Shown one piece after another: positions 38,617 to 51,720 of a DNA stretch of 64,000 nt. Within the stretch, counting starts at the first letter, position 1. Every line of letters starts with the position of its first letter. Under the pieces are notes generated by a model. The model saw only the letters and a program-made list of their open reading frames with translations. It did no database searches and was not told the DNA's origin. Origin of the DNA: Macrostomum lignano (Eukaryota); NCBI GenBank assembly GCA_002269645.1, contig NIVC01001776.1, forward strand, positions 1 through 64,000. The letters run 5' to 3'. Both the position numbers and the translations under genes were made by a program.

Positions 38617-40021
38617 AAAGTGCTCTTTATCATTTGGACAAATTGCTCCTACTGAGGAGTAACTGAGATAACCGCCACCTCCCTCTCAAAGGCAGCCTTT
38701 GTCAACCCAGCTTCGCTCTCTTATTGTCAACTATACAAAGCGCCATCTCAGGCGCATCATATTCAGTTTGTCTAGTCCCTTCTGCTGCTCCGTCCGCGTT
38801 TACCGCGGATCAACTACTCTGTGCCTATAAGTTACCCGTGGACTGCTGCACAAAGTTGGACTGGTTGCCTGGGGCGTTGGCCAGAGACCGCCCCCACATT
38901 TTTTTGGATTATCGCAGCCTTCCTTCGCGCGTATGGGAAACCCACGGTATTCTGTAGGGCGAATTCCTGAAGCCCCTGCGCCCGGTCACGAATCACTCCG
39001 CTTCTTTCCTAATTCTGTCTATTTTGCTATACTTGCTCAATTTTGGCCGGCTTCTAAAAAAGGAATTATTCTTGGGGCACGAACTCCGGACTTGTCTGTG
39101 ATCTGGGTATTTTTCAAGATTTAACAATCGTCTAACCATATTTTAGTCTCCGATTCTTTCGTGATGGAAACCTGCTCAGATTTACTTTTAGACCGCGTGT
39201 GCTCATGTCATTATTGTCAAGTGCTCATGCAAGCCGTTGTGTCTTTAATCGCGAATTTGCATCACGGGAAATTGGCATCGGTTTTGGAATCTCCGAGAAA
39301 CGATTATTTTGTCATATTTTACCTGCTTACTAAAATCCGCTTGCTGCAACCAAACTTCTGACTCTGATGATGGCTAAATCTCCTTTGTATCCGCGCGGCT
39401 ATCCAGATGCAGTCTTAAACATAATTGTGTCTGTAAATTCTTGGTTACTAATTGATTGCCGTTTCTATAAAGAATTACTATTTGCTTTTCAATAGCTATT
39501 TATGTACTTGCGGCTTTTGTACCCAAATTTTCAGAGATCATTATTAAATAATATATAAATATATCACATGACTGACTCAGATTGGCATTGGTGCAATGGC
39601 AAACTGTTTGTTTATTTTGCATTGAATTTATTGGCCAGTTATTCTTCGAGCCACAGATTGCTCAAATCAGTGCACAGCTAAGTGTGTAATTTACCAGCTT
39701 AAAGTTTTAGAAGCACACTAAGCTTATTTTGAATGCCTTCCACTATTTATAAATACATTCTAGGCTATATATATATAGTTCAGAACAGAAGTTGCGCACT
39801 GCACTTTCCTAATATAAAAATCATGGTACGAGTTAAGAATTTCAAGTTCCAGTTCACCCCAGCTGTCTCATTCAGTTTGAGCATCGCACAAGCGAAATTC
39901 CAGCTATGGTCTGTCCCTAGAATTGAGCAGTGCTCTGTCGTTATGAAGACTTGGCTGTAAATCTTACTGTTAATTGGATACGAGTTAACTAGATTGGCCA
40001 GCTACAGTAAAACTTGGACGC

Positions 40022-40418
40022 ATAGGTGTACAAACATAGGACAGCTCTCGGCTGATAGGTGTACAAACATAGGACAGCTCTCGGCTGATAGGTGTACAAA
40101 CATAGGACAGCTCTCGGTTGATAGGTGTACAAACATAGGACAGCTCTCGGCTGATAGGTGTACAAACATAGGACAGTTCTCGGCTGATAGGTGTACAAAC
40201 ATAGGACAGCTCTCGGCTGATAGGTGTACAAACATAGGACAGCTCTCGGCTGATAGGTGTACAAACATAGGACAGCTCTCGGCTGATAGGTGTACAAACA
40301 TAGGACAGCTCTCGGCTGATAGGTGTACAAACATAGGACAGCTCTCGGCTGATAGGTGTACAAACATAGGACAGCTCTCGGCTGATAGGTGTACAAACAT
40401 AGGACAGCTCTCGGCTGA
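40022..40418. repeat. 33-bp minisatellite, about 12 units
   Basis: Unit ATAGGTGTACAAACATAGGACAGCTCTCGGCTG. Confidence 0.96.
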
Positions 40419-40419
40419 C

Positions 40420-40538
40420 CATCCGGCCCAGCTTGAAGCCAAGCCTGCGGCTGCTGCTGCTGCGGCTGCTGCTTGCTCGCAGGGCCAAATCCAGCATCCG
40501 TTCACAGCTCAGATGAGGCCGGAGTATTTCGCCGGCAA
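40420..40538 (-). CDS. Candidate internal coding exon of an unidentified gene (possibly the end of an RA/ubiquitin-like domain)
   Basis: ttttgtcaatag acceptor and ATG|GTCAGC donor bound AGEILRPHLSCERMLDLALRASSSRSSSSRRLGFKLGRM. The domain resemblance is weak. Confidence 0.3.
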
Positions 40539-43500
40539 CTATTGACAAAAAGTCGAGTCGCGGATCGATTCCCAACCCGCCCTAAATAATCCGATCGATT
40601 CCTCATCTGGTTCTCGCTTCACTTTTCCCCCGCTGTATCCTCCCCCTGCTCAGTTGCTGGGGCGGTTTCGACTTCCCCTACGGCAGCCAGCAGGAAGTGT
40701 CAAACTTTATCGGCTAATCTTGACCGCAACACCGGATTATTGGCCAATAAATTATAAATATCCGCGAATACCAGAGCACTCTTGCCCGTGAGAGCCTGAA
40801 CCGTTCTGGCTTTAGAGCGTCTTTGGATCTGCCTTTTTACTCATTTTTGTCTTCCTATATGGGAAGCCAAGTTTTCTAGCTAATACTTACAACTGTTTCA
40901 ACTTTGCTGAAAGTGTTTGAGCACTGCAGCAAGGTTGAACTCATGGCTAAACATTCTCTCGCTTCCTCACGTTTTATGGCCACAAAGCCTTCCAGTGTGA
41001 GGTGGCTTCCATTGCAGCCCAGTCCAGGACTTGGGGGGTTTCAGCTATCGATCCGGTTTTTTTACTGTGCTTATAAAGTTAGAGCAGGTATTTTTAGCTG
41101 AAGACACATCTAGTTGATTTTTTGACAGAAAAGGTGTACTTGTTCGTTGAGTTTCCAACGTGCTCGCTTTGTTAAACAGCGCATTAGGCTCTCGGCTGGT
41201 TGAGTGGCCTCTCGATTTACAGCCCAGTTGCCACCCACTTTTACTGCTAGCATAATTTGCCTTTCATTTCAACTTTCCCGACCAGCATAGATCGCGTTCA
41301 TTCAGATCTGCGTCAAGGAGACGCTGCTTTCTCCTGACTCCACGCCCCCTTCTCCCCTATCAGTCTTCCCTGCAGCTCATCTGCATTGTAAAACTGAAAA
41401 AACTTTGCTCAGCGCGTCATTCTGGGTCTGTCTCTGAGGCGCGGCTCTCCACCCCCTCACTTGCTTGATTTTCCTTGAAGCCTGAGGGTTTGTCTCGCTT
41501 GAAAGTTTCAGTTTGCGATGCAGTCATTCTTGTACCTGTCTCTGAGAAATCCTGAACTGCTACGATGCCATGAGCTACACACGTATGTACAACAGACCTG
41601 CGTTACAGATCCTGGAATGACACACCTTAAATAGAAAAGAAATCGCTCTGCTCCACCTGCTCCGGGACCAAAGCCTTCTCTTATTTCACTCATCCTGAGC
41701 TGCAACGTGCTCAAGCCATTAGCAATCGATTGACTGGGAATTGATTGATCTGGGCCGTCTGGCTCACCAGCACGCCTGACTGTCAGTCCCTTTCTTTCTC
41801 TTCTGTTCAAGTCTTCCCTCTGAGTTATTAATAGTATCAAAGTGCATTAACGCGAGAAAAAATATTAATGCTTCTTATTTTCTTGCCCCCTTCTCTTGCC
41901 ATGCTCGCGTGAATCTCACAGCTATTTTTATCTTTCTATCGGAGTCTGTCTACTCTGAATCAGTCGGCAATTTTTCTTACTTAAAAGCTGAAATGCTGCC
42001 AATCTTTGGCAGCTGATTGTCACGCTTCTTCTGTAGCCGAATATGTCCTACTTGCGCATTTAGTACGTTAATATAAGTAGGAATTTAGCAATGCCATGTG
42101 ACGCATGCTATCTGCATTAGAGTACTAGCGACCAGACAGATAGCGTCCGCTGATCCGGGCCGCGGTCTGCAAATTGGTTCGCGAGATCCGGAAGGGACTT
42201 AGCGGAGCTTGAGGTCTAGCCGCTACCATTCCGCCTGAATGAATGCAAAACCCCTGCCTTCTTTGCCCTCGCGGCTGCCCTCGCCTCATCATTCCAGGGC
42301 AGCAGCAGCTTCAGGAAGGCGCTAGCAAGGCCGAGCTCGATATTAACTTCATCTTTCTTTGCTCATCATTCGCCGAGTACTGAGCCTCGGTACTGTCAAG
42401 ATGGAAGCGCGCGGACAGAGAGAGATAGAAGAGCGGGAAATTAATTTCGCTCCTTCTCTCTCTCTCTCGGCCTTTTCACTTTTTTTTCTATCGCAGACGC
42501 GCATCGTGTAGGCCCTGCTCACGCTCCCGCTCATGTGTAATTGGTCTTGTGGGCAATTTTCCCAGGTCCATCTAAGCCTCTATCTTTACCGGGGCCTCAA
42601 TTTTTGCTCCAACTCTGAAATCTTTCTCTCTATCTATCTGATCAACTTCTCCTTACAAAAGCTTCAGGCATCCTGCACGAGTCTTCAAGAAATTTCACTC
42701 TCTGGGTATTTTTAGTCGCGGCTCATCCAACCGATCAAAGCCCTCTGTTTGGCTCAGGCGCCCAGGCGTGGACTCTCAACTTGTTCCCAGACTGCTAATT
42801 CCTAATCCTGTCAATCAATACACGGTCTGCCGCCTGTGTCAGCCAGCATCATCGCAGCTTCCCTGCAAGCCTGCTCACAATTCTCCCGCCTGTCCTGAGC
42901 AGTCTCTGTCTTTTCTCACAACCCCCCCCAGGAAAGCTGATGCACAACTTAATGAATGTTTCATGACGCCCACTTAACCCGGAGTAGCTAGGCTTATATT
43001 GAGTCTTAAACTGTTTCAATTTTCTCTCTGAAATTGCCCTCATTCGATGCTTTGCTATTAATAATAAATTTGAGTATTGAGTTGGGCGCCACCACGGCTT
43101 GGAGGTGAAGTGGAGCCACAATTGCGTTAGCCAGTAGGTATGGAGTTTCTCCAGCACTCAATGGATCGGTCTTAATGAGGCGTTTTTGTAGCTCGGGGAT
43201 CGGGCCGAGCTTGAACAAAGTTAGTGGCATTAAAAAATAAACTATGCTTAGCGACTGACAACTGGCCCGATAAATTTAACCTACTCATATTGGCCGCATG
43301 CAGAGAGCTGAGTACCGACTAGCTGGTCCGGAGTGGATAGTTCTGTCTTGTATTGGTCTTGTAATCGGTAAGCATAAAATCTGTAATCTAGGCTAGACCG
43401 AGCGCCTAAATTTGGTGTCATTTTAGGGAATTCCCCGTTGTCTATGGTCCAAACTGGACAGACATTTTCTGAAGAGGATAGATAACCAGATAGCCGGAAT

Positions 43501-43860
43501 CTTCAAAAATCTCGAGGCATCACAAAGGGTCTGTACATTAGTCGAGTGATTTCTTCGGTTGAAAAATCTCATTGCTCATTTTGTCTCTGAATTCTTATTC
43601 TCAGATTCAGTGATCGCTTCCCAGAATGCTCTGGTTGATTCTTCCGAAGGCAGCCAGGTTCTGCTGAAAGCTGCCAGTACCAAGATACGAGGGTACATAG
43701 CTGCAGTGGCTCCAGTCGATCACGGAATTTCGCGCTGTTGACGAAGGTCTCACTGAACTGAATCAACAGAATATTTGCTTCTTGTTGACCGATTAGCCTA
43801 GACTGAGCTGTCTATGGTAAGACTGGCTCATGGCTTCGCCTTTCTGCATACCGAATCCAA

Positions 43861-44107
43861 GTCCTGCCTTGCACTACCCTAGACAGAGCTTTCTGCATAC
43901 GGGCCATAGACAAAACTGCAGTCTGGCCTTGTCTTGCACTACCCTAGACAGAGCTTTCTGCAGGGCCATAGACAAAACTGCAGTCTGGCCTTGTCTTGCA
44001 CTACCCTAGACAGAGCTTTCTGCAGGGCCATAGACAAAACTGCAGTCTGGCCTTGTCTTGCACTACCCTAGACAGAGCTTTCTGCAGGGCCATAGACAAA
44101 ACTGCAG
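43861..44107. repeat. About 62-bp tandem repeat, 4 units
   Basis: Unit GTCTGGCCTTGTCTTGCACTACCCTAGACAGAGCTTTCTGCAGGGCCATAGACAAAACTGCA. Confidence 0.93.
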
Positions 44108-45123
44108 TTTTGAATGTTTTTTTCCAGCGAAACTTTATAACTTCTTTTCATTTTTGCTGAGCATAGCCGAAATTAAATCCTGTAAAGCAGTAATTGTAAC
44201 CATTTTTATAGTGACAGCAGTGGCAATGGAGGTGAAAATAAAGCAAACTAAATTTATAAAAGAACTCGCATTATAGACAGGAGTCGCAGTCAAAATTAAA
44301 AGTCAGACTCCTCGCTTCCTTTATTGTGCCGAAATGATTTGACAAATTTGAACAATGAGTCTTACTGCTTTGATTTGGCAAGACTTCACATGCCAATCCA
44401 GTGCTTTCTTTGTGCCACTCTTTCCACAACGCGCTTCCTCGCTCCTGCCAGACTCAGAAGTGTTCAAAATGAAGAAAAAACTTTGTCTTCTGCAGTTCTA
44501 TTAATGGACCTCGTGCATGTCAGGTGAATCTTCAGGCAAATTAGGCTCTGCAGTTGCTTCAAATTCGTTCCCTCCCCTGTCATGTCCTGCCCAGCTTGCC
44601 GTCTACGTAACTGAATTGATTTTTCGATATCGAGTACCGAACTCTGCCGGCCAAGTTTGGGCTGCATCGATTCACATTCTGGCAAGCGCTGTAGCGGCCC
44701 CGTCCCATTGGCTTTCACTGCCACGGGCTGCAGTTAAAACATTGGGTAGCAACCAGATAGCTTGCATATACCGTAGCTGTATATTCTGTTTTATGACTCG
44801 AATTTGAGCCGAGGCCCCGGTGCTTGATAGAGGCTTAACCGCCTGCAGACTTTTCCCTGGGAGCGGCCGCCTGTCTCGCCTTATCTGGCAGTTTGCGGAA
44901 CTGCAGGCACCGCCTGAGCCTGAGGCGGCAGAAGCGACCGCGCGAATATTGATAAATCGAGTTAAAACCTGACAGCCCGGGCCCCCAGATAGACGCGGAG
45001 AGGAAATCCTGTCCTGCTCCTGCTTCACTTGCCCTTGACTGTGTTGCCTTGCCATCCTTTTCAGTCACTGTCTCACTGGGTCTTTTATGTGATTGATTAG
45101 CGCTAGACTCTCGATAAATACTA

Positions 45124-45553
45124 CAACGGGTGTCCGGAAAGTTCTTAACCCTTTTAATCCCAGAGCAAAAACAGCGGCAGCTGCAAGCACAAATTTAAAG
45201 TCATTTTAAAGCGGCACATCTCTCCTTTCCAATGAATTCAGTCGCGTGTATTTCGGTCATTTTAATCAAAATTTATGTGGGAAAAACCTTCGCAATGCCA
45301 CTGATGGTCTTACAGTAAAGACCACGGGAGAGAATGCATTGAACCTTGTCCAGCAATGATCCCTGCTGGAGTAAACTTTTCTCTCCCCTCTCCCTTCTCT
45401 TCTTCTCTCCTCTCCTACCTCCTGACTATAAGTGGCATTGTGATGGTTTTCACACATAACTTTTAAATGAAATGACCAACATGCACGCAGCTTGCAGCTG
45501 CTACTGTTTTTGCTCTGGGATTAAAATGGTAACAACTTTCCGGACAACCCTCG
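45124..45553. mobile_element. Mariner-type MITE, about 430 bp, with ~65-bp imperfect TIRs
   Basis: Left gggtgtccggaaagtt...ttttaatcccagagcaaaaacag..gcagctgcaagc is inverted at 45488-45553. The right-hand TA TSD is not evident. Confidence 0.75.
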
Positions 45554-46878
45554 CTTGCTCACTAGCCGTACCTTGACTCTATAATTCATTTTTTAAAAAC
45601 TCATTTGAGCGGAGTTTAAATCTGAGATGGGACCCTAAAAGCCTGCTGAAGTGCGCACAGCTTCTGCTTTTCCTGAGCTGAGTGATGCAGACTGGCTAAA
45701 ATTGGCCAGGAAGATTCGATAACCTGCACGAACATCCCGGCAGCCCGACTAAAAATAGCCATTCACAAAAGGGGGTGTCGTTTCATTTCTTTTTGCATGC
45801 AAAGGGAAGAATGACACTGATAACTCAATCAGTCGGGGTTTGCTTCAAACTGCAAAATCTAATTTCTAAGAAAAGACCCTAACCCGCGATATCTGCAAAA
45901 GGACATATTGAACAGATTTCCGAAACTTCAGCTGTTCGAGTTTAAAGGATAAACTACAAGCCAAGAAGGGAGGGATTATCACCTGACATTTTCTAAATCC
46001 AAACCAAGGAGACTTTTTGTTGCCGTTGAACTTTTGTACCTTTTAAGTGCTGTCAGAGGGACTTGTAAGACAAATTTATCGGAAGCATGCAGCCAGGGGA
46101 GGGGTTGACTGGCAGCCCTTGCTTTTATCATGCGCGAATGCAGAGTCTCCGCGAAAGGTTAGAAAGCGCATTTCTGATTTGATGCTCTTTAATATTATTA
46201 TTTATTCTTTTATCCCGCCTTTATCTAACATCCATTAGGCAGTTACTTTTATCCATGCGAGTTTTGCAAGAAGAGGTAATTTTCATGCGTATGGATACAA
46301 GCTTAGAAATGCGATTTAGTGTGCCAATGGGCATCGTTTGATTTCATTTGGTTATTTGCCGCGAGGGCGGTGGGAAGTTGCTTTTAAAATCAACGCGGAT
46401 TAGATATTAGCAAAGAATGAGTTACACTAAAGGTCAAGGCTAGAAAGAATATCAAGCTGGGTGAAAGTTGAGTTAGAAAAACAAAAGCAGAGGCCAAAAG
46501 ATAAGGTGCCAAATGGGGACAATTAGAGGACAGCAACAGAGATGTAGGGATGACAAGAGTCTAACAGCCACCCTTTCATCACTGATGCCAGCCCAAGCGA
46601 GATGACGAGGTACCAGGCAGAGTCCCAGGCAGATAGGGAGAAGAAGCCGCGAGGTCGATGGCCGAGGGCGCTGGACGGGTGGCCTGACGTGCGCAACGGA
46701 CGATCGGACTGACCTCCACTAACCACCTGACTCAACCTTGCAATTAACTGATATCAAATAATCTGTCTCGCACCCGTAGCAACGCGCTAGTTTAGTGTAA
46801 AAACTATTGCTGCGTGTGTTTTGGCCCTGCCGTTGCTAGCTAAGAGGGAATCACACGCCCTCCAGCAGCAGGGATCAG

Positions 46879-46903
46879 TGACGTATCACAATGCCTATAA
46901 AAT
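46879..46903 (+). promoter_or_regulatory. CRE-like TGACGTA plus TATAAAA box, possible Pol II promoter
   Basis: gtgacgtatcacaatgcctataaaat; no downstream gene or LTR was identified. Confidence 0.2.
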
Positions 46904-47889
46904 AGACGTACGGCCTCGGTACCCACACACTCGCACAGAGTACAGACATCCTGACCTTTTTCAGGTATCCCATAGTTGTGGACGATGTCGCTAGGGTACT
47001 CTAAATCTTCCTACAGTTACTATTGCATTGCTATAGACCAGAGCCTCTCACCCTGTAAGATGAAGCCGAGCCAAAACGCAAATATGATCGACAACCAAGC
47101 TAATAGTAAAGAAAAAGTAGAGTCACACAAAAAGGATCTTTAGAACAATAGAGGGTAAACACTTTTGCGGAACTAAAATACGAGATTAAAAATCTGTTTT
47201 GTGACATTTCTAGTTAGCCACCGTCAACAACTACCTGTTCATTGCATGGACAAAATCTTGCTTGGCGAGCAAATAGTTTCATTTAAAATATTCAGAGTAC
47301 TGAATCCAGTTACCAAGCAGGATACTGCAAGCCCCCCACTGGGGTATTGTTTTTCGCTCATTAGGCACTGAATGCGAGGAAAATCGTTAGCTTACTTGGA
47401 CCAGTACGGGTCCAGTAGAGTCAGTCGATAAACTTGAAAGACGAGTCTGCAATAGTGCGATTGTTGAGTGTTGAATCAAGTATCCAATTTAGGGTTGTCT
47501 GATCCAGTACAAGGTTAACTTAGCGGACACAATAGAACGTCCTTGCAAGGCTAGAATTCTGTAGCATTTATAGTTAAGTTTTATTTCTGTATTGTGAGAT
47601 TGACAATGATGTACAATTGAATTCAACCACTATGAGTAGTGCGTGTGAGCTCTCAGTAATTCTAGATGACATGCATTCCATGCAATGGATACCGGACGTC
47701 TTCAAGGCAGGTAACGTTCCTAACGACTTTTGGGAATGGCAATTATTCCTCTCATCTATTTTTTTCATCCCGTTTACTTCATCATTTTATTTATTAGCAC
47801 ATGGCGTGTGTCATTAAACACAGGTTACCTGCCTTGAAGATGGCGATTCGATTAATCGCGTTGGCATTAAATGTGTATTTTATGAACGT

Positions 47890-48547
47890 CCCATTCCATT
47901 CCATGATTCCTCTTCCCTTCCATCCATTCCATTCCATTCCATTCCATTCCATTTCATGATTCCTCTCCCTTTCCATTCCATTCCATTCCATTCCATTCCA
48001 TTCCATTCCATTCCATTCCATGATTCCTCTCCACTTCCATCCATTCCATTCCATTCCATTCCATTCCATGATTCCTCTCCCTTTCCATTCCATTCCATTC
48101 CATTCCATTCCATTCCATGATTCCTCTCCACTTCCATCCATTCCATTCCATTCCATTCCGTTCCATTCCATTCCATTCCATTCCATTCCATTCCATTCCA
48201 TTCCATGATTCCTCTCCACTTCCATCCATTCCATTCCATTCCATTCCATTCCATTCCATTCCATTCCATTCCATTCCATTCCATTCCATTCCATTCCATT
48301 CCATTCCATCCCATTCCATTCCATTCCATTCCATGATTCCTCTCCACTTCCATCCATTCCATTCCATTCCATTCCATTCCATTCCATTCCATTTCATGAT
48401 TCCTCTCCCCTTCCATTCCATTCCATTCAATTCTATTCCATTCCATTCCATTCCATTCCATTCCATTCAATTCTATTCCATTTCATTCCATTCCATTCAA
48501 TTCTATTCCATTCCTTTCCATTCCATTCAATTCTATTTCATTCCATT
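47890..48547. repeat. (CCATT)n pentamer satellite with recurrent ATGATTCCTCTCC spacers
   Basis: Direct reading. The WNGME and HSIPF ORFs are its translations. Confidence 0.96.
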
Positions 48548-49154
48548 CGATGGTTTATCTCTACTTTCATTCCAGTCTTTTAAGCCTCCTAATGATGAAA
48601 TCTAGAAGATGGAACGCTAATTTGAAAAAAATCGAAAACATCCTCATAGCAAATGCATTTAAATAAATTTCCCGCAACCTCAATCGGATTTGCGACCGAG
48701 TTTTACTAAGATTCCTGCTGCCAACCGGGTTTTATGAATTTTTTTTTATGCCTTCTCAGTAGTAGGCCGCGGGTTAAAATGTGAATTTCTAGAGTTAAAA
48801 TTCCATATTTAATATTCTCTTCCTTAATTCCCAAATCCTTACGCTTCCTAATTAAGCAATCTGTGAGGCAATCGGAAACGATATAAATAGCTACGTGGAA
48901 TGTAATATTTGCTGCCTTCAATCTTTTCAGAAAAAGTATCAAAAATGTCTTTGAAATTAAAAGCAGAGGTTACCAAATTTGTCAACGGAATGATAAAATG
49001 CGCAAACAAAATGCTACAACATTAATTGTAAAAAATAACTGTAACTCAATAACTGTGAGTCACAATTTAAGGTGCCAATTCACCAAACGATTACTTTGTT
49101 TTCGTTTTGTTTTGGTTTGAAACCAACGTCACATTAATTTGTAGGTCGTGCTAA

Positions 49155-49285
49155 GAAACTGGCCGTATGGAGTGCCATGCAATTAACGCACATGAGGGCC
49201 AACCCTCCAAGGCACAGAGAAACTGGCCGTATGGAGTGCCATGCAATTAGCGCACATGAGGGCCAACCGTCCAAGGCACAGAGTG
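49155..49285 (+). mobile_element. SINE family fragment containing a local tandem duplication of about 64 bp
   Basis: agaaactggccgtatggagtgccatgcaatta.cgcacatgagggccaacc.tccaaggcacag occurs twice and matches the body of the 55795-56135 element. Confidence 0.55.
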
Positions 49286-50293
49286 TCCATGTGTGATGAA
49301 TACAATATGAATATATATTGCATGCACGATAAGCAATATCTAGGCCCTAGACAAACCTATTTTTGGAGCGTCAGAGATTTTAAAGCTATTGGCCCTAATC
49401 GCCTATCGCCGGTCGGCGAGTCCTACCAGTCTTTCTCCAATAGTCACAGTACGGTACAAGAAAAGGAAGAACGCAGATGAACACGAACCGAATAGATTTA
49501 GAGAGTGATAATCCTATATGATACAGACTGATAATTGGCTAGACGATTTAATTTGATTACTTCAAGATACAAGCTTCAATGCAATTCGCGGCGCAGATAA
49601 TTTCGAACTGATAATAGCGGAAAATGATAAGGAGACAAACGATTAATAATAATAACTTAGCTACGCAATGGCAAGCAGATCTCAGCTGAGGAAGAAGAAA
49701 AACCGAACACGAGACCACGGAGAAGACTCCTAACCCCTGGCCTAAACCAGAACCTACACTCAAACGAGATTCCTGCCGAATAGACCGTTCAACGGAGCAC
49801 TGACTAAATTCTATCAGCACTGCCCTTCAGTGTGACACTGAGGCCCTCTGGGTCGAGGCCACGTACTTGGTCAAATCCGACAGTCTCTATCTAACCGCGC
49901 TTGATAGCGACGACGTCAGACAAGGATGCCGAATCGTTACGCTACCAGACTGAAGGGAACAAAAATATGGACCGGGGTGATGAACTCAGGCGCCTCAAAG
50001 CGCGAACCAAAAAGAGATCGGCAAAACGGCCGGGAAGCCGGAACAAAACCAAAGCCGGGGAAAAAGAGAGAAGGGTGAGATCTGATTGCCAAACACACTT
50101 TCATATATAGTCAGAGTCAAACCCCTCAAAACCCCTCCTCAAGCCGGGTGGTGGTCGTCTGGCCGGCCGCTTGCTTAAGCTGAATTGCACTGTGCCCGCG
50201 GCGCCGGGTAGACTTGGAACTTGCCGCGTGCCAGGGTCCAGGCCGGTTCTGATTGGCTGGCCGCGCAAAGCTGGGGTTCGCAGAAAACTCAAC

Positions 50294-50670
50294 CATAGAT
50301 AAAGTATACCATAGATTCCACCCCTACCTTCGCGGAGTGTCTAAATTGTGACCATCACTTTATTCACTGCGCTCCTATTGGCTGGGCCACGCTATGCACA
50401 TTGAGTCCACGTGTGTACATTCCCCCAACTCCGCTTTTCTATTATCTCCGCTTTAACTGTTGAAACTGGTAAGACATCCTTTCGTTCCGCGCATTAAAGT
50501 TATAAAGCTTTCTTGTGTGGAAGGGGTGAGGGAATGAAATCGAAGGTGTTGAAAGGAAGGCTTTCGCGCCAGCCAATGAGAGCACGGTGAGTTTTATGGT
50601 GGTCAAAGTTTGGACACGAGCGTGTGTACATTCTGGGCAGGGGTGGAATCTATGGTATACTTTATCTATG
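50294..50670. mobile_element. MITE, 377 bp, with perfect 31-bp TIRs and an 8-bp TSD (P- or hAT-superfamily)
   Basis: TIR CATAGATAAAGTATACCATAGATTCCACCCC at 50294-50324 and its reverse complement at 50640-50670; TSD AACTCAAC at 50286-50293 and 50671-50678. Confidence 0.92.
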
Positions 50671-51720
50671 AACTCAACCCTCCGCTGAGTCACAGATTTG
50701 GCGTCTAACTTCTGACCTGTTTACAATTTTTAGATTTTAACTAACAAGAAAAGTACATTAAAAACGTATGACTAAACTAAAGCAAAATAATAATTCAATA
50801 ACAATATAGAAACTAATACAATCAATTAACTAACAAAATTCACGCAAAAGATGCTCACACTACACATGCCTGAAGGTTAAAGTATCAGGGCCGCTGTACA
50901 CCCTGAATGAGCAATGTCCGTGCTCGTACATGGCTGCTTGCAGCAGAGTCCAAGGCCTACAAACTGACTAACTGTCTGAAAGCTCGAAATTCAATAGAAA
51001 CAATTCAAATGCCTTCTACAATACTTGAAGTAGGCTAATTTGCATCGTCAGTTACGTAACTTTCTGTTTTTCAGTTAATACAGTTTTTTCATCAACCTTT
51101 CACCAAGATTAAGCCTGCAGTAATACATGTAGAAGGCAAACTCTAAGTCAGAGTTTTCCATCTTCTGCATCCAATATTTCCTGACTCAGTGGCGCAGAAA
51201 GGAAACCGCGTTTCCTGGCTCTGATGGAAGTCGATTTGGTGAAGCAGCGGCCAGAGACAATGGCCCGGGCTGAGTTGTCGCTGAAAGAAAGAAACGAAAC
51301 CAAGGCTGCCTCCCAAGCTGCTGCAGCTCCCCAATGTGGATGAGAGATTGAGTTGCTATGGAAACTAAATGTTTAGAGCTGTACAGCCTGTAGACAAAAC
51401 TTTGACAGGTTGCGAGTGCAATAGGGCTCTGCTCTGCCATCTCTCACTCTCATTCACTGTCAAGTCAGACTTAAGCGTAAAGGCAACTGGCTCTTCCAGA
51501 TGATGCCGTCTTCCAGAAATCCAAGCTGTGACCAAGCGATTGAGCGTGTTCCGGAAATAGCTTCCCCATTATGTGTTAAGTCAAACAATTTTCTACACAA
51601 AGTTTATGAAAGAAAAAGAAAGAAGTCAAAAAGAAAAAACGCATAAAACGAAAGCAATAGGCAGAAACTTATCACTGGAGAAAGGAGCTCATTTTTCGCT
51701 TATTATTTATCAGCTTCAAA

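Noticed and set aside
47794-48605. WNGME and HSIPF repeat ORFs
   Set aside because: Translation of the (CCATT)n satellite.
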